Source: Entomortierella parvispora E1425 (Eukaryota; Fungi; Mortierellomycota). Taken from it: a stretch of 64,000 nt of DNA. The stretch lies in the NCBI GenBank assembly GCA_020891255.1, contig BQFW01000012.1, positions 434,001 to 498,000 on the forward strand. Reading direction: 5' to 3'. Positions 48,382 through 60,210 of the stretch are shown one piece after another. A program made the translations under genes and the position numbers. The notes beneath the pieces were generated by a model. That model was not told where the DNA came from and made no database searches. It saw nothing but the letters and a program-made list of their open reading frames with translations. Each line of letters opens with the position of its first letter. Position 1 is the stretch's first letter.

Positions 48382-49825
48382 ATGTTTCTTCCTTCTCTGA
48401 CTGTACTGGCCTCACTTGCGCTCTTGACCCTGTCAACGGATCAGGTGAATGCACAAACGACAAGTCCTACCGTTACCGGCCCCATTTCAACCGTGCCTAC
48501 GGGCGGTCTCTCTCCACCTTTGCCTCCACCCGGTCCCTCTCCTTCCACAGCAGGCTTTGCAGACTTTTCCTACATTGACGGCCAAGTTCTGTATCTGGGA
48601 GACGGGACATACTCGGGCAACCAACATATGTTTACATTCGTGAGTGAGTTCTACGCCTTGGATCTGACCACCGCCTGGACAACCGCATCTCCTGCCTGGA
48701 AATCCTTGAACCGCCTCACAGATTATAGTGGTATGGGCAATGGACCCCTCGCTGCTACTCCCGATGGCAAATCGGTGTTCTTCTTCCCCGTCAGCGGTAC
48801 ACGCCGCTATGATGTGGCCACAAACCAGTATACCAATGAGACCTTTGTGGACTTGCCCACGAACTATGGCATCAGTGGCATCACGATGGACACTGATTCT
48901 GGTCAGATCTATGATTATGGATACTCCACGCCAACAGGCGACTGGAACATTACCGTGTTCGATCCTGTCAAGAACACCGCCTCGTATCAAACGCTTCCCG
49001 ATGGCCCCAATGAGAATACTACAATGACAACCGTATACAGCAGCGCCAAAAAGAGTTTGTTCACCTTCAAGGCGCCATATGTCACAGGTGTCAGTCAGCT
49101 GAACCAGTACGACCTTGTCGCAAAGACTTTTAAACCAGTTGTAAGGACCAAGAGAGTTTTCTGACCAAGTTGAGCAAAAGTGGACTGAGTTTCGATTTGT
49201 TGATCTGTTCCCTTTTTTTTTCTTTTTTTTTTATCCAGGTTGCAACAGGAGACATCCCTTCCCCAAGGTCGATGCCATGTTTCGTTTCTGGTAAGGAAAA
49301 TGGATTCCACGCTGTCCAGTAACTCGATTGTCGGCTTCGCCTTTCTTCCTAACAAAACGTTTCTTTGTGATACTATCAGCCAACAATGGCACAAAACTGA
49401 TCGTCGCTGGAGGTGCCATGGACGTTTCCGGGAATCCTGGATCCGTCATTCCCAATCTGGCTCTGGACGATGTGTACATGTTGGATGTTGCGAGTATGGT
49501 GTGGACAAAGATGGCAAGCATGCCCTCCAAATACTATGGTGCTGTATGTGCTGCCTCAGGCGATTCGTTCATTATCTGGGGAGGTTACAACATCTACTCC
49601 TCAGATCAGTGGGAGGTGACAGCTAATTGGGGTGGCCCTGCCATTCTGGATATGAAGGCCAACACTTGGGGAACAAGTTATACCCCCCCTTCTAAAACCA
49701 CAACTGGAGGCAACAGCGGCAGTAGCGGAGGAGGATCCGGTAATGGCGCTTTGGGCCTCTCTGCCAAGAGCTCAATGGCTGGATTCTTGGCCATCACAGC
49801 CGCGACATTGTCCCTCATTATGTAA
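48382..49825 (+). CDS. Secreted kelch/galactose-oxidase-like beta-propeller protein with GPI-like C-terminus (intact copy)
   Basis: Signal peptide MFLPSLTVLASLALLTLS, P/T-rich stalk, FYALDLTTAW, LIVAGG, DVYMLDVASMVW, FIIWGG and hydrophobic tail MAGFLAITAATLSLIM; three exons. Confidence 0.82.
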
Positions 49826-49976
49826 CATCATCGGTAAAAATCTTTCAGCATGTATCAAAATTGAACAGATATCCCAGTAAAAAATACATAATAAAATACA
49901 GTAATCCTTTATTTGGAGCGAGTACAGATGTGATGACATGGTCATGGTCGTCCGTGAGATGCTCTCTGTTTCTCCT

Positions 49977-51170
49977 TTATCCATATCTGAATCCCAAAAA
50001 GAAGCCGCCTGCAAAGGTGGACTTGAACTGAAAGTTCTTTGTGAGGAGACTGATGATCCATTGGAAACCATACTGCGCATCCTTGGCCGTGACCTTGCCA
50101 TCCTTGTCCAGATCAAATTGGTTCTTGAATTTGTTCTCGACCAAGGCCCAATCCACTTTGACGTACCCAGCATTCGAGAGCAATTGCAAGCAAACAAAAC
50201 CAAGTCCAGCGACGAGAAGGAACACCTTGCCGAGTTTCTTGAACAGGTACCCAGAACAGAGACCCATTGCGGCTCCAAACGAGAGCTCCTTGGTATCGAT
50301 CAGAGGATCATCGTCGTGAGGCAGGCGCGCTTTTTTTTTTTTTTTTTTTTTTTTGGTAAGAGTGAGGTAAAGAGGATTTTTCCTCGATTAGGACCCAAAT
50401 CCAATGGACATGGCATTTGGCTCCTCATCAGAAATCACGACACTTACAGTGGCTATAGGGCGGAGTCGACCGAAGACTGGCTATGATTCCAGGCGTGTCC
50501 ACAAACGCGGTTGTTAGATTTCACTTTATCTTTTTCTGCAGTGTCGTCATCATTTTCTGCTCATGCATCGCGCGTTAAAGCCCATTTTTCTTTTTCTTTT
50601 TTGATCTTACGTGGAGTTGGTGTGGAAGCTGTCGCAGCTGCACAATGGGCGACATTCCTGAAAAACAGTCCACTCATGAATCGGCTCCAGATGAGGGGTC
50701 CAAACAGCACTGTTGTCGCCGCACCAGCCGCAGTCCAATGGTTCCGGTAGCGGTAACTGTGAGCCAAAAACTGATTAGATCCAGGAGCCACCTTTGATTG
50801 TTGTTGATTGACGATTGTGCTGGGCTGGAGGTGGTTACGTGGCAGAGTTGGCTTTCTGAAGGCATTGTACACTAGAGGAAAAGGGTGAAGAGAGTACAAT
50901 AGACGTTAAGAAACTTGCCTTTCCCACGCTCTGATGAGAAAAGCTTCGGGACAAAAGTGCAGCTGACATAAGAGATGACTAGTCTTGAAACTCACGCTGA
51001 AAAATGGACGAGGTAGAGGCGAATCTCTGGTGGTGTTGTCCCTGGAAAAGACCGAGGCGAAGTCCGAGTTTTGTAGCGTTCGGCGCAGTGGTCAAGGGGA
51101 GGGTGAAACCAGATGACTTGAGCATTGCCTTACGATAGACGACTGTCCGAAGTGTTGAGGTGGTGATCAT
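49977..51170 (-). CDS. FUN14: FUN14-family mitochondrial outer-membrane protein
   Basis: GLCSGYLFKKLGK...GLGFVCLQLLSNAGYVKVDW...AGGFFLGFRYG*; upstream exon MITTSTLRTVVYRKAMLK resembles a mitochondrial presequence. The start position is less certain. Confidence 0.85.
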
Positions 51171-51528
51171 CGCTCTATATAGCTACTGTCTATTCTGGAG
51201 ACGTCTGGTGTATGTATGTGAAGAGGCGGGAGGTGGGGAAAATGAAAGGGGACAAACGGGGTAGGGAGACAAAAAAGGGGACCCAGAAAGGCACTGCACC
51301 CTTAAGTCATAGTTGTTTAAGGGTGTACAATGGAACGGCAGATCAGACGGCATGTTTCAGGTGCCGGTCTTTTGCGCGGTTTCTCGACTCTCTTCCCCGC
51401 TTGCATTCATTCATTCTCGCTTGTTCGCATTCATTTTCATTCATTCACTTTGCCCCATCACTCAACTGGAAACTTTTCACGTTCATACTTTACTACTCTA
51501 CTTTACATTACCTTCACACCTTACCACC

Positions 51529-52961
51529 ATGAGCTGGTAAGGGCCACTGTCGACAAAAGAAAAAGGAGACGACCGTTGTCACTTCGGAACAAACAACAGA
51601 GTCGCTCCTCCCTTTTAACGCCTTATTCTCTTTCCACTAATGCTAGGGCTGGATTCAAAAAGAACATCAACCGGGCGACGACCTCCGTCCTGTCCAAGAC
51701 TGGAAACATGGATAGGACCACGGATCGCGAGTTTGAAGAGGAAGAGAAGCGAGCCAAACAGTAAGTTTTCAAGAATCGACGCAAGGGAACAACAGAAACC
51801 CGTTTGTTATGTCGAATGTAAACATGATCCTCCACCCTCGATGATGCAGACCGAGGATCAACGAGTGGCTGGTGTCACTCCAACATAGATTATCGCGCGA
51901 GTTCAAAGCTTTTTGACAACTTGTTACTCTGCGATACTCATTCCTCTCGTCATTGTTTCTCTGTATTGTCTTGCAGACTAGAAGGCAGAACCGAGAAACT
52001 TCACAAGGAGGCCAATGGCTATGCAAAAGCACTCAGAGGTAATTAATCTCGGCTCCACCATGCGCAAAAGCAGGAAATGACTGCGACAGACTAAATTTGA
52101 TAAAAATTTACGCCGTCCGACATGATGCAATGACCGTCGAAAAAAATAGAAAAACAACAAAAAGAGACTCTAATAACGGGTTCTTTTCTTCTTTTTAGAA
52201 ATGACGGGTTCACAGGTGCGGATCGCCAATGCCATGGAGCTCTTTTATGACGATAATGAGCCCATGGGACTCTCTGGCACCAAGTACAAGGAGGCCGTAA
52301 CAAAGATGGACGAGCAAGCGCGAGTAGAAGTGGTAAAGAAAAAAAAAATTCAGCCCAAACCTTGTTCCTCACCCAAGTGTGACCAGAGGGGAAATTATTT
52401 TCCCGCCTGCATGGGTCTGCACAGGTCGAAATCGATGATCTTTATTCACCCAACGACATTCTCACCGCCTATTTACTGCTTGCTACGTGACTTTTCTAGG
52501 AGGCTGCTTACAAGACAACGGTACTGGAGCCCATCGGCCGTTACTGTGCCTACTTTCCCGAGATCAATGAAGCTGTCAAGCGTCGCAACAAAAAGCTCCT
52601 GGATTACGACAACGCTCGGTCGAAAGTTCGCAAGCTTGTCGAGCGACCTTCTCAGGATGCTCAAAGGCTACCCCAGGCTGAACATGAGGCCAACATTGCG
52701 CGGGACATGTACGAGGCTATGAACGCTCAGTTGACCAATGAATTGCCCAAGGTCATTGATTCTAGAGTCTCGTACCTGGATCCTTCATTCGAGGCCGTGG
52801 TCAAGTCCCAGTTGTCGTTTGCTCAGGATGCACGGAATACACTCGAGGGCTTGAGGCAATATTTCCCACCAGAAGATCCCTCTGGAGGTTACGAACTGGA
52901 ACAGCGCGCCGACGGCATTTTGCAACAGATGCGGGAGTTGACTATCTGTGGGCTGGCATAG
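51529..52961 (+). CDS. RVS161: N-BAR amphiphysin Rvs161/Hob3
   Basis: MSW|AGFKKNINRA, DRTTDREFEEEEKR, KRRNKKLLDYD, LNELP-like LTNELPKVIDSRVSYLDPSFEAVVKSQL; short C-terminus with no SH3 domain. Confidence 0.92.
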
Positions 52962-53941
52962 TGGATGATCTTCCCTTTCTTCCTTCGCTTCTGGATCAAT
53001 CCATCCCCGCCTTTTCCATTGCATTTTTACGTACGCCAAAATATAAAATACACATTTTAGACCGTGGTCTTTCGCTATCCCATCCTAGTCCGAGCGAATC
53101 CTTGTTCGACTGAACCAACTTGGTACATGTCAGATGGTCCCTGGAGTTGAGGCATGGTAGGAAGCTGTGAGGCGTCTGCAGAAGGATTGAGGGCCATGGC
53201 TTTTGTGGGAGTTGATTCCATGTTGCCTTGTTTGAAGAGGGAAAGAATCAAAAGAGAAAAGAGGGACCGCATCTTCTACCATCTGCTGATATGTCAGATT
53301 TATATCCTTTTTTTTTCTTCTTTTTTGTTTGGATAAGTACTACGACACGTCTTCCATTTTTGGAGTCATATCTTCGCAATCCTGGTGGAACGAGTTGAAC
53401 TTTTGAGCTAGCAAAAAGGCCTGGCTTCTCTGACTCGTAAGGGAGGACACTATCGTTTGTACCAACAGTCCATTCAGCCGGTCAAGGAACGAAACCCTCT
53501 TCAGAGGAAGATGTCAAAATTGCAACTCAGCAATGCCAAGGCGCGGGTTTATGTGAAGCGACTTTACCTGGATTGACAGGAACTAGGTTTGTTCGACACC
53601 CAAGAAAGACCTTTTTCAAGGTCCCTCTAGAATGCATTCTACCTACTGTCAACGTATCGTTAGTGCATCATGCTTCATCTTGGCAGGACGAGGTGATGTC
53701 GAGTAGCGCTCTGGCCCTGCAGATGATCATGGTAGAGTGAAGGGTCAAGCAGACACAAGTCGTTCGAGCAATATCCTCAGAGTTGTCTTGACATTTCTTT
53801 GTTTATTCTCAACAAGGAGAGTGACCTGGTGTCTTCATTTCATCTCCGCAGTACATGTAGAAGTGAAAGGTCAGTTTGGACAGGCACACTGACTGAAGTA
53901 AGAATGGCCCTGCTCCGGCGATTGGATTGTGTGGCACTACA

Positions 53942-55846
53942 CTAACAACGACCCGTAGTTTCTGGCCAAGGTGTATATGCAAGCAATTCCTCGAGTTCTT
54001 TTGTTTCCCGTTCCAAGATCTTCTTGTTCCTTGTGAATCCTGAGAGCCCAAAGTCGATGAAAAAGAATCGAGAGCTTTCGCCATCGCGATTCACCACAAT
54101 GTTTTCAGGTCGAATGTCCCTATGGAGAATACCCTTATTGTGGAGTGCTGAAAGAGCTTCCCGGATCTTGTCTCGGTCCGAGGTATCCAGACGTTCGTTC
54201 CTGAGGTCAGTTCCCACATGCCCAGTCACTAGAATCATTTCCATGCCATCCAAGACTCCAGCCACCAGCATCCGGGGAATGTAGCGCCCCTGTAGCCTCT
54301 TCAAAAGATGATAGATCCTTTCCTCAGACTCCAGCTCCTGAGTAACAGCGGGCTGTCTCCACAAGTCTGCCTTCTTCACGATGACAGCCATGCCTTTCCA
54401 CGTGGCCCGGAATGTTCTGGCCCTTTCTCCTTGTGAGAGAAGCTCCATGTTTCTGAAGAGAGGGATGGTGATACGCTCATACTCCATGTCACATTGCCAT
54501 TTCCAAGTCCATGGTGTCATCCTGATCCGAGACTGTGTTGGAGCAGCCTGTGCATCCCTATAAATGGTTGATTTCATAAAGTGCATCGGTTAGATAGCTC
54601 AGACTTCAGGGCATTGATGAGCAACTTTGACTGCATTACCATGATAGTACACACTTGATCCTTGGCCTAATAAAGTTCTTGTAGGCTTGTTCCTTTGTGA
54701 CTACAAGTCGAGCTGTGTGTTTGCGAGTAACGTTCATCCGTGCATCCTTCGCGGCCTCCCTGATCAGCCACAGGTAACACTGTTGTACATGTACAGTAGG
54801 CGTGGTGCTGTTGCGGGAGATTGTAGGAGAGACTAGCAGCAAGTCGTCCTTCTCCCCGGTGATCTTGAGAAACCAGGTCTGGGTGTAGGTAGATAACACA
54901 CCATATCTGTACCCATTGAGTTTCATGTACCCATAGATCCGGTTCAGCGGGCCAGAAGGACTCATTGTGAGTGACCCCTGTTGATAGTACGCCTCATGGA
55001 AACTGACACCATTGGACAAATGGAGGACAGACGGCATTGTTATTACGATAGGAAACAACGTTGTGGAAGCGTTACCGTTCTCGATATCTGAGCAAACTTG
55101 CAGGTCTGGCATGCCACATGGTAGACCATAAGTAAACATCGTTTCCGCTGAATGTGGTAAGCTTTCCACAGCTCCGACATCGGTGAGAAATACGGAGGAA
55201 AGTTGAGTCACCGTAGCTGTTGTCCTCCTCGGATGGAATATTGGCATGGGGTACACTGGTGTGTTCGCGAGCTGCATTTCTAGCACGGAGGGAGCAAAGG
55301 TATCCCACAAGCACACTGTGCGGGGAGTCAGCGGATACTTTCGGGCACCGTCTGGGAGTGTATCAGGACGCTCGCGGTTGGTAACAATGATGTCCCTCAG
55401 GCGGACATGTACAAACTCGGACTCTGTGAGAAGGTCTGTGACCGGGATACATGACGAAACGAAAAAGGAGAGGTAAATAACAATAGTAGCAAAGCCGCAA
55501 GATGAGTATGCGACAACAAGACCTGGGGGTCCCACATACTTTGCCATCTGACGACAATATGACCAACGCCTTCTTCCGCGCCGTGAGGGAACAGAGTTAG
55601 GAGTGGAATCGAGAGGTTGAGCCTGTTGTCATCCTTGAGACTGTAGAAGGCGGTTTCTCTTTGTACAAAAGATGCTGTGTTGGGGATGTTCACTTGCCAC
55701 AGAGTGAGGTTCTCTGGGGGTGTACTGTACCCCCTCCGAACATTGATGGCACTCCTGAGTTGCTCAACTGTGCTTGCCGATGAGATGCTCACTGAGAAAT
55801 CGCAAGAATGGTCGATAATCATACAGTTCAGGTGCAGGTTGGCCAT
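53942..55846 (-). CDS. Crinkler (CRN)-type protein: Ubl header, inactive REase-like domain and protein kinase
   Basis: Header MANLHLNC...LTLWQV...GHIVV; intron; REase-like domain with YGYMKLNGYRYGVLSTY; intron 54558-54639 joins in frame to a kinase with VIVK, ELESE, HRDIRPEN and IDFG. Confidence 0.82.
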
Positions 55847-55867
55847 AGTGAAAAGTAGGTTGAAGGT

Positions 55868-55917
55868 GGAGTGGAATGGTGGCAAAGGCTGAGGAGTGGA
55901 ATGGTGGCAAAGGCTGA
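55868..55917. repeat. 25-bp x2 tandem repeat in the CRN1 5' leader
   Basis: ggagtggaatggtggcaaaggctga at 55868 and 55893. Confidence 0.9.
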
Positions 55918-55989
55918 AAAGGGCTAAAAAATAAAAGAGAGCCCTTTTTTTTATTTTTATATCGGCGAGTGGTCCCTGATAACGTGACT

Positions 55990-56650
55990 GATGTCGGACA
56001 AGTCGGCGGACAGCGCCAAAGCAGATTAATCGGTATGTCTGTCTGCCTCCTCGTTTCCGGATCTCCGCTGTGTCCCTTTACCCATCGAATCTGAAGTGTG
56101 CTTGTCGCTCTTTGCAGACTTGGGCAATGACTGCCCACTGGATGGCATGGATGCTTCGCATGCGTTCTCTGAGTGATGTGGTATCGCTGCTTTTGACCAG
56201 TTTGTTCAAGTTGCTGACAACAGCTAGGTTGTCGAGGTGGACAACAAGGTTCTGTGTTGGCGGCGCCGGCTTGATAGCGCCGTGCAGCCCCATAAACTCT
56301 GTTGCTGTTGACGATGCGAGGCCATGTTGCTCGCCTATGTTCCTGCGCTGATGAAGGATCCGTCTGTATATTGGTGTCTTGTGCAGTAGCCTGGTCCATC
56401 ACCACCAATGATCCAGCTGCCACTCTATCCAGAGTTGCTATCGGGAAGGTCGCTTGGATGAGAGCGCCAGTAGGCCCTTGTAATAGGTCCCGCCGATATC
56501 TGTGGAACGTTGTGGTGGCTCTTCTGGGTTTGGCAGGGGTTGTTGCGTTGGCGAGAAAGAATGCATGGCCACGGGCTGGCTCCGGTTCTGGATCAAGCTG
56601 CTCCGCCAAATCTTGGTCCTGCTCTGGCTCTGGGTCTTGCTCTGGTGCTT
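55990..56650 (-). mobile_element. Degenerate non-LTR retrotransposon (LINE) RNase H fragment
   Basis: Across stops and frameshifts: YTDGS (about 56357-56372), TEFMGL..AI, VHLDNLAVV, WVKGHSG and frameshifted GNEEADR (about 56041-56060), i.e. all four RNase H acidic motifs in order. Confidence 0.85.
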
Positions 56651-57953
56651 AGTTTGGTCTTGATCAGACGAGAATCGAAATAGGAGAACTAGAGCGACTA
56701 TCTACTAAGGATGAGTGCGATGGGGATTGAAGGAGCGCTGAAGGGTGGAGTGTGGGGGAGGAATATACTAAGGATGGCTCTGTTGTGAAAGAGGGAGGAA
56801 GAGAGGAAGAGAAAGAGAAAGATAAAAGATAGAACAGGACAGGTTCTCGAGCCACCTTGCTCATTTATGGCAGTCTGATATTGTCACTGGGCTCTCTTCC
56901 TTTTTTTTTTTTTTTTTTTTTGCGTTCTTGATGTTTGGTCTTCATCGTCTACATCGTCTTCATCATAGCTGTCACCCTCACACTCACCTGTTGACAGAGG
57001 GATGGTTACAAATGTGTCATCCCTGACATGTGTTTGTCCCTGGCAGTCTGTTGGGAGCAGCCGCGAGTCCATTTCATTAGGAAGTTGTTGGAAAGCGTCA
57101 TCAACCGAGCGATACGTCAGATCCCGCAGCAGTGTGTCGCGATGTAGCCCCCGACCTTTTTTTTTCTTTCTAAAACCCCGACGTGCCGCTTGTTACGCGT
57201 CAATGGTCTTGATCACAGGAAACTCCATCGTGCAGTTACTGAAAAGAAAGTACCTAGCCATTTGCCATCGATAAGACAAGGACAGAGATGACATAGCGAC
57301 CACAAGGTAAAATTACAGTGTCCTGCTGCCACTGTTTTTTCGCCTGCCCCATGGTGGCTTGACCCACCAGCAACCTGTCAGAGGTCGAAACCAAGCCTGC
57401 GAACCTGAATGTCAGACCTCCATTTGTCTTTTTGACATCGACCGTTCACTCACTGAGAGGATAATCAGCTACGGTCTAAAAGTATGGATATGATTTCTAA
57501 TGTCTGCAGGAAGAAGATTTATCCAATAATGTTATGGACTCCTTCAGAATCCATCTAACACCGAGTTTATTGTGATGTTTCTGTTATGGTGGGTGGGAGA
57601 ACAGGGGGGCTGAGTTTACCTTGGTCTGACCTCGGTGATAAGGGTAAACCTGAGGAGCCTCCGCCGCCTTCGCTCGACATCGGGTTTGGGGATTTGTTTT
57701 CTCTGGTTGTGTGACGCTCGACGCCTAAAAGATCTCTCTTATTCTAGTGCCTTCTCGAAGGAGCCAAATAGTCAAACCAACAGCAACGACGCAGAAAGAG
57801 AGGTGTACAAATGAAAGACGTATTTATTGTTTTGAAAAGTATTGATGGATATGGATATTGTTGATTACTCTGTCACCCAACCACGTCCGACTCTTCCTCA
57901 TATCTCTCAGGGACTCAGGCGATTTGGGTCAATCCACGACACTGTTGAACTGT

Positions 57954-59185
57954 TTACCTTGGTCGTAAAGCTCTTTGCACTGCTCGTGCAACCCTGTTGC
58001 CGGTTTCATTTGCGGTCATGGTCCTAGCACGAAAACGACTAGCAGGATTGTTTAACCTCCCATTGCGTTGGGCCTGTCTTATCAACCACAGGTAGCATTG
58101 CTGCACTGTGGGCCCTCTATTGTTGTAGGGAATCGTGGGTGAGACCAGGAGCTCGTCATTGTTCACTCCTGTGATCATGAAAAACCATGTTTGTTTGTAG
58201 GTGGACAAGACTCCATATCGGAACCCGTTCAATTTCATGTAACCGTAGATTTGTCTCAACGGACGAGCAGGACCTATTGATCGTGATATTTGTTGGTGAT
58301 ACGCAAGATCATAGCGAATCCCGTCGTTCAAATGCAGTACTCCTGACGTCTTTACTTCAACGGGAAACAACAGTGTTGTTGAAATACCGTCGGCTTGCAG
58401 GCACGAGCACACCAGATCTGGAATGCCATACTTTATGCCAATCAAACTTGTAACTTCTTCCGTTCTTGCGAACGGTGGTAGGGTTTCCAGAGATCCCATA
58501 TCATTAAGGAATACGCCGGTCAGGGTTGATTCGCTATTAGCCTGCCTCCTAGGATGGAAGATTGGACGCGGATATAATGGCACATTGGCAAGCTGCATAG
58601 CGCGCACTGAGGGAAGAAAATTTCTCCACAGGCGCACCGCATGAGGAGTGAGTGAATATTCTCGAGTACTCTCTTGCTGACTGCCAGGTGCCGACTGATT
58701 CGTACTAGTGATATCTTCCAAATGAAGATTCACAAAGTCATACTCTGACAAAAGATCTATAGCGAGATAATGGACAATGCAAAGCAAACATGAATAAATA
58801 AAAAAAAAAGTTGAATAAGGCGGGTGCATAACTCTTGGGGCAGAGGATGATCACCGCTTTTCAGTATTATCCACGTACCTTTCCACCTGAAGACAATGTG
58901 AATGACACCTCCTGCAGCGCCTTCTGGGAAGAGGGTCTGAAGAATAACCGACGAATTGAGACTATTTCCCATATTCAGGTTGACAAAGACAGCTTCCTTT
59001 TGCCCCATGGATGCAGTACTAGGGATGTTCACCTGCCAGAGCGTAAGGTTCCTTGGGAGCGTCGTGAACCCCCCCTGGACATTGATGGCATTTCCGAGAT
59101 GATCAACCGTGCTCGTCGACGGAATGTTGACTGAAAAAGCAGTTGCGTGGTTGAAAGCGATGCAGTTGAGGAAAAGGTTGGCCAT
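57954..59185 (-). CDS. Crinkler (CRN)-type protein: Ubl header and PD-(D/E)xK REase, no kinase
   Basis: Header MANLFLNC...LTLWQV...IHIVF; intron at the same position as CRN1; GIPDL...FPVEVKT...RQIYGYMKLNGFRYGVLSTY. Confidence 0.85.
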
Positions 59186-59236
59186 GGTGATAGTATGAAG
59201 TGGTGGAACGATTGATAGGACTGAAGTTGGTGAATA

Positions 59237-59318
59237 GAATGAGGCAAGTGAGGTTGAATGAGGCAAGTGAAGTAGAATGAGGCAAGTGAAGAAGAATGAG
59301 GCAAGTGAAGAAGAATGA
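59237..59318. repeat. 19-bp minisatellite (~4.3 copies) in the CRN2 5' leader
   Basis: gaatgaggcaagtga(ggtt/agta/agaa) at 59237, 59256, 59275 and 59294. Confidence 0.92.
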
Positions 59319-60179
59319 TGTTGGGTTCTCGTTCAACCATCCTTTGTTTTTGTCAAAATCAGTGGCCATTCCCATAGACTCGGCTCTAGAGAGAGATATT
59401 TATTTGCCTCAGGAGTCCACACTCTGTTGCCTCTTTTTCTGCTGGCCAGTGATCAAACTGTGTGCACATGTGTCTCTTCGCTCTTTTCTTTTCGATCTGT
59501 CTCTTGTACATGTGTCCATTGCAACGATCAAGGACAATCATTTTTTGTTCAGGCAACAAACATGGGAGACGACAGGCTGTAATTGAAGGTAGATTAGGAA
59601 GCGGCAAACCTACCAGCATCAGAACCACGACGACTTCTCTACTACAGTTTGGAAAGGTGAAATAATGGAGTGTCAAGAGACGACGATCTGGGGCAGGGTA
59701 GCAAACGGGATAGGAGGAAAAGACGGATGAAAAACTGCTTTCTTTACACCAAAGCCAGAATGACAGTTGTCTAGAATGCCCGCTCATCTAGGTATGAGAA
59801 AAGACTCTACTTCGCAATTATTGGTCAGTGGACATGCTCTTGATGTACTGAATCTTTCCCTCGAATCCAGCTTTAATACGCCTCTCCAGGCTGCCATCGG
59901 AGAGTGACTGCAAGGGTGACCGCGAGCACTATGATCGGGGACGAGAGCATCCGAGGATTGAACAATTTCTATGAGGAGAATGGATTTTCAGAGGATTGCA
60001 ACATGGATTTAGAGAGGTGACCTCGCCATTTGTACAGGAGGGATCCCTTTTGTGGAGAATAGTTATCATGGTAGGGGCTGGGACTGGGCGAAAAAGAGGA
60101 ATTGGTGCACTGTGTCCTGCGTCTTTCAAAGAAAAAAGCCAGTGCACCAAGCCGGTTCACTGCCAAAAACGCTCTCACT

Positions 60180-60210
<31 letters not shown>

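Noticed and set aside
55764-56609. 281-aa ORF as an intact gene
   Set aside because: It crosses frames of the broken RNase H and runs out of frame into CRN1; only WVKGHSG is in this frame.
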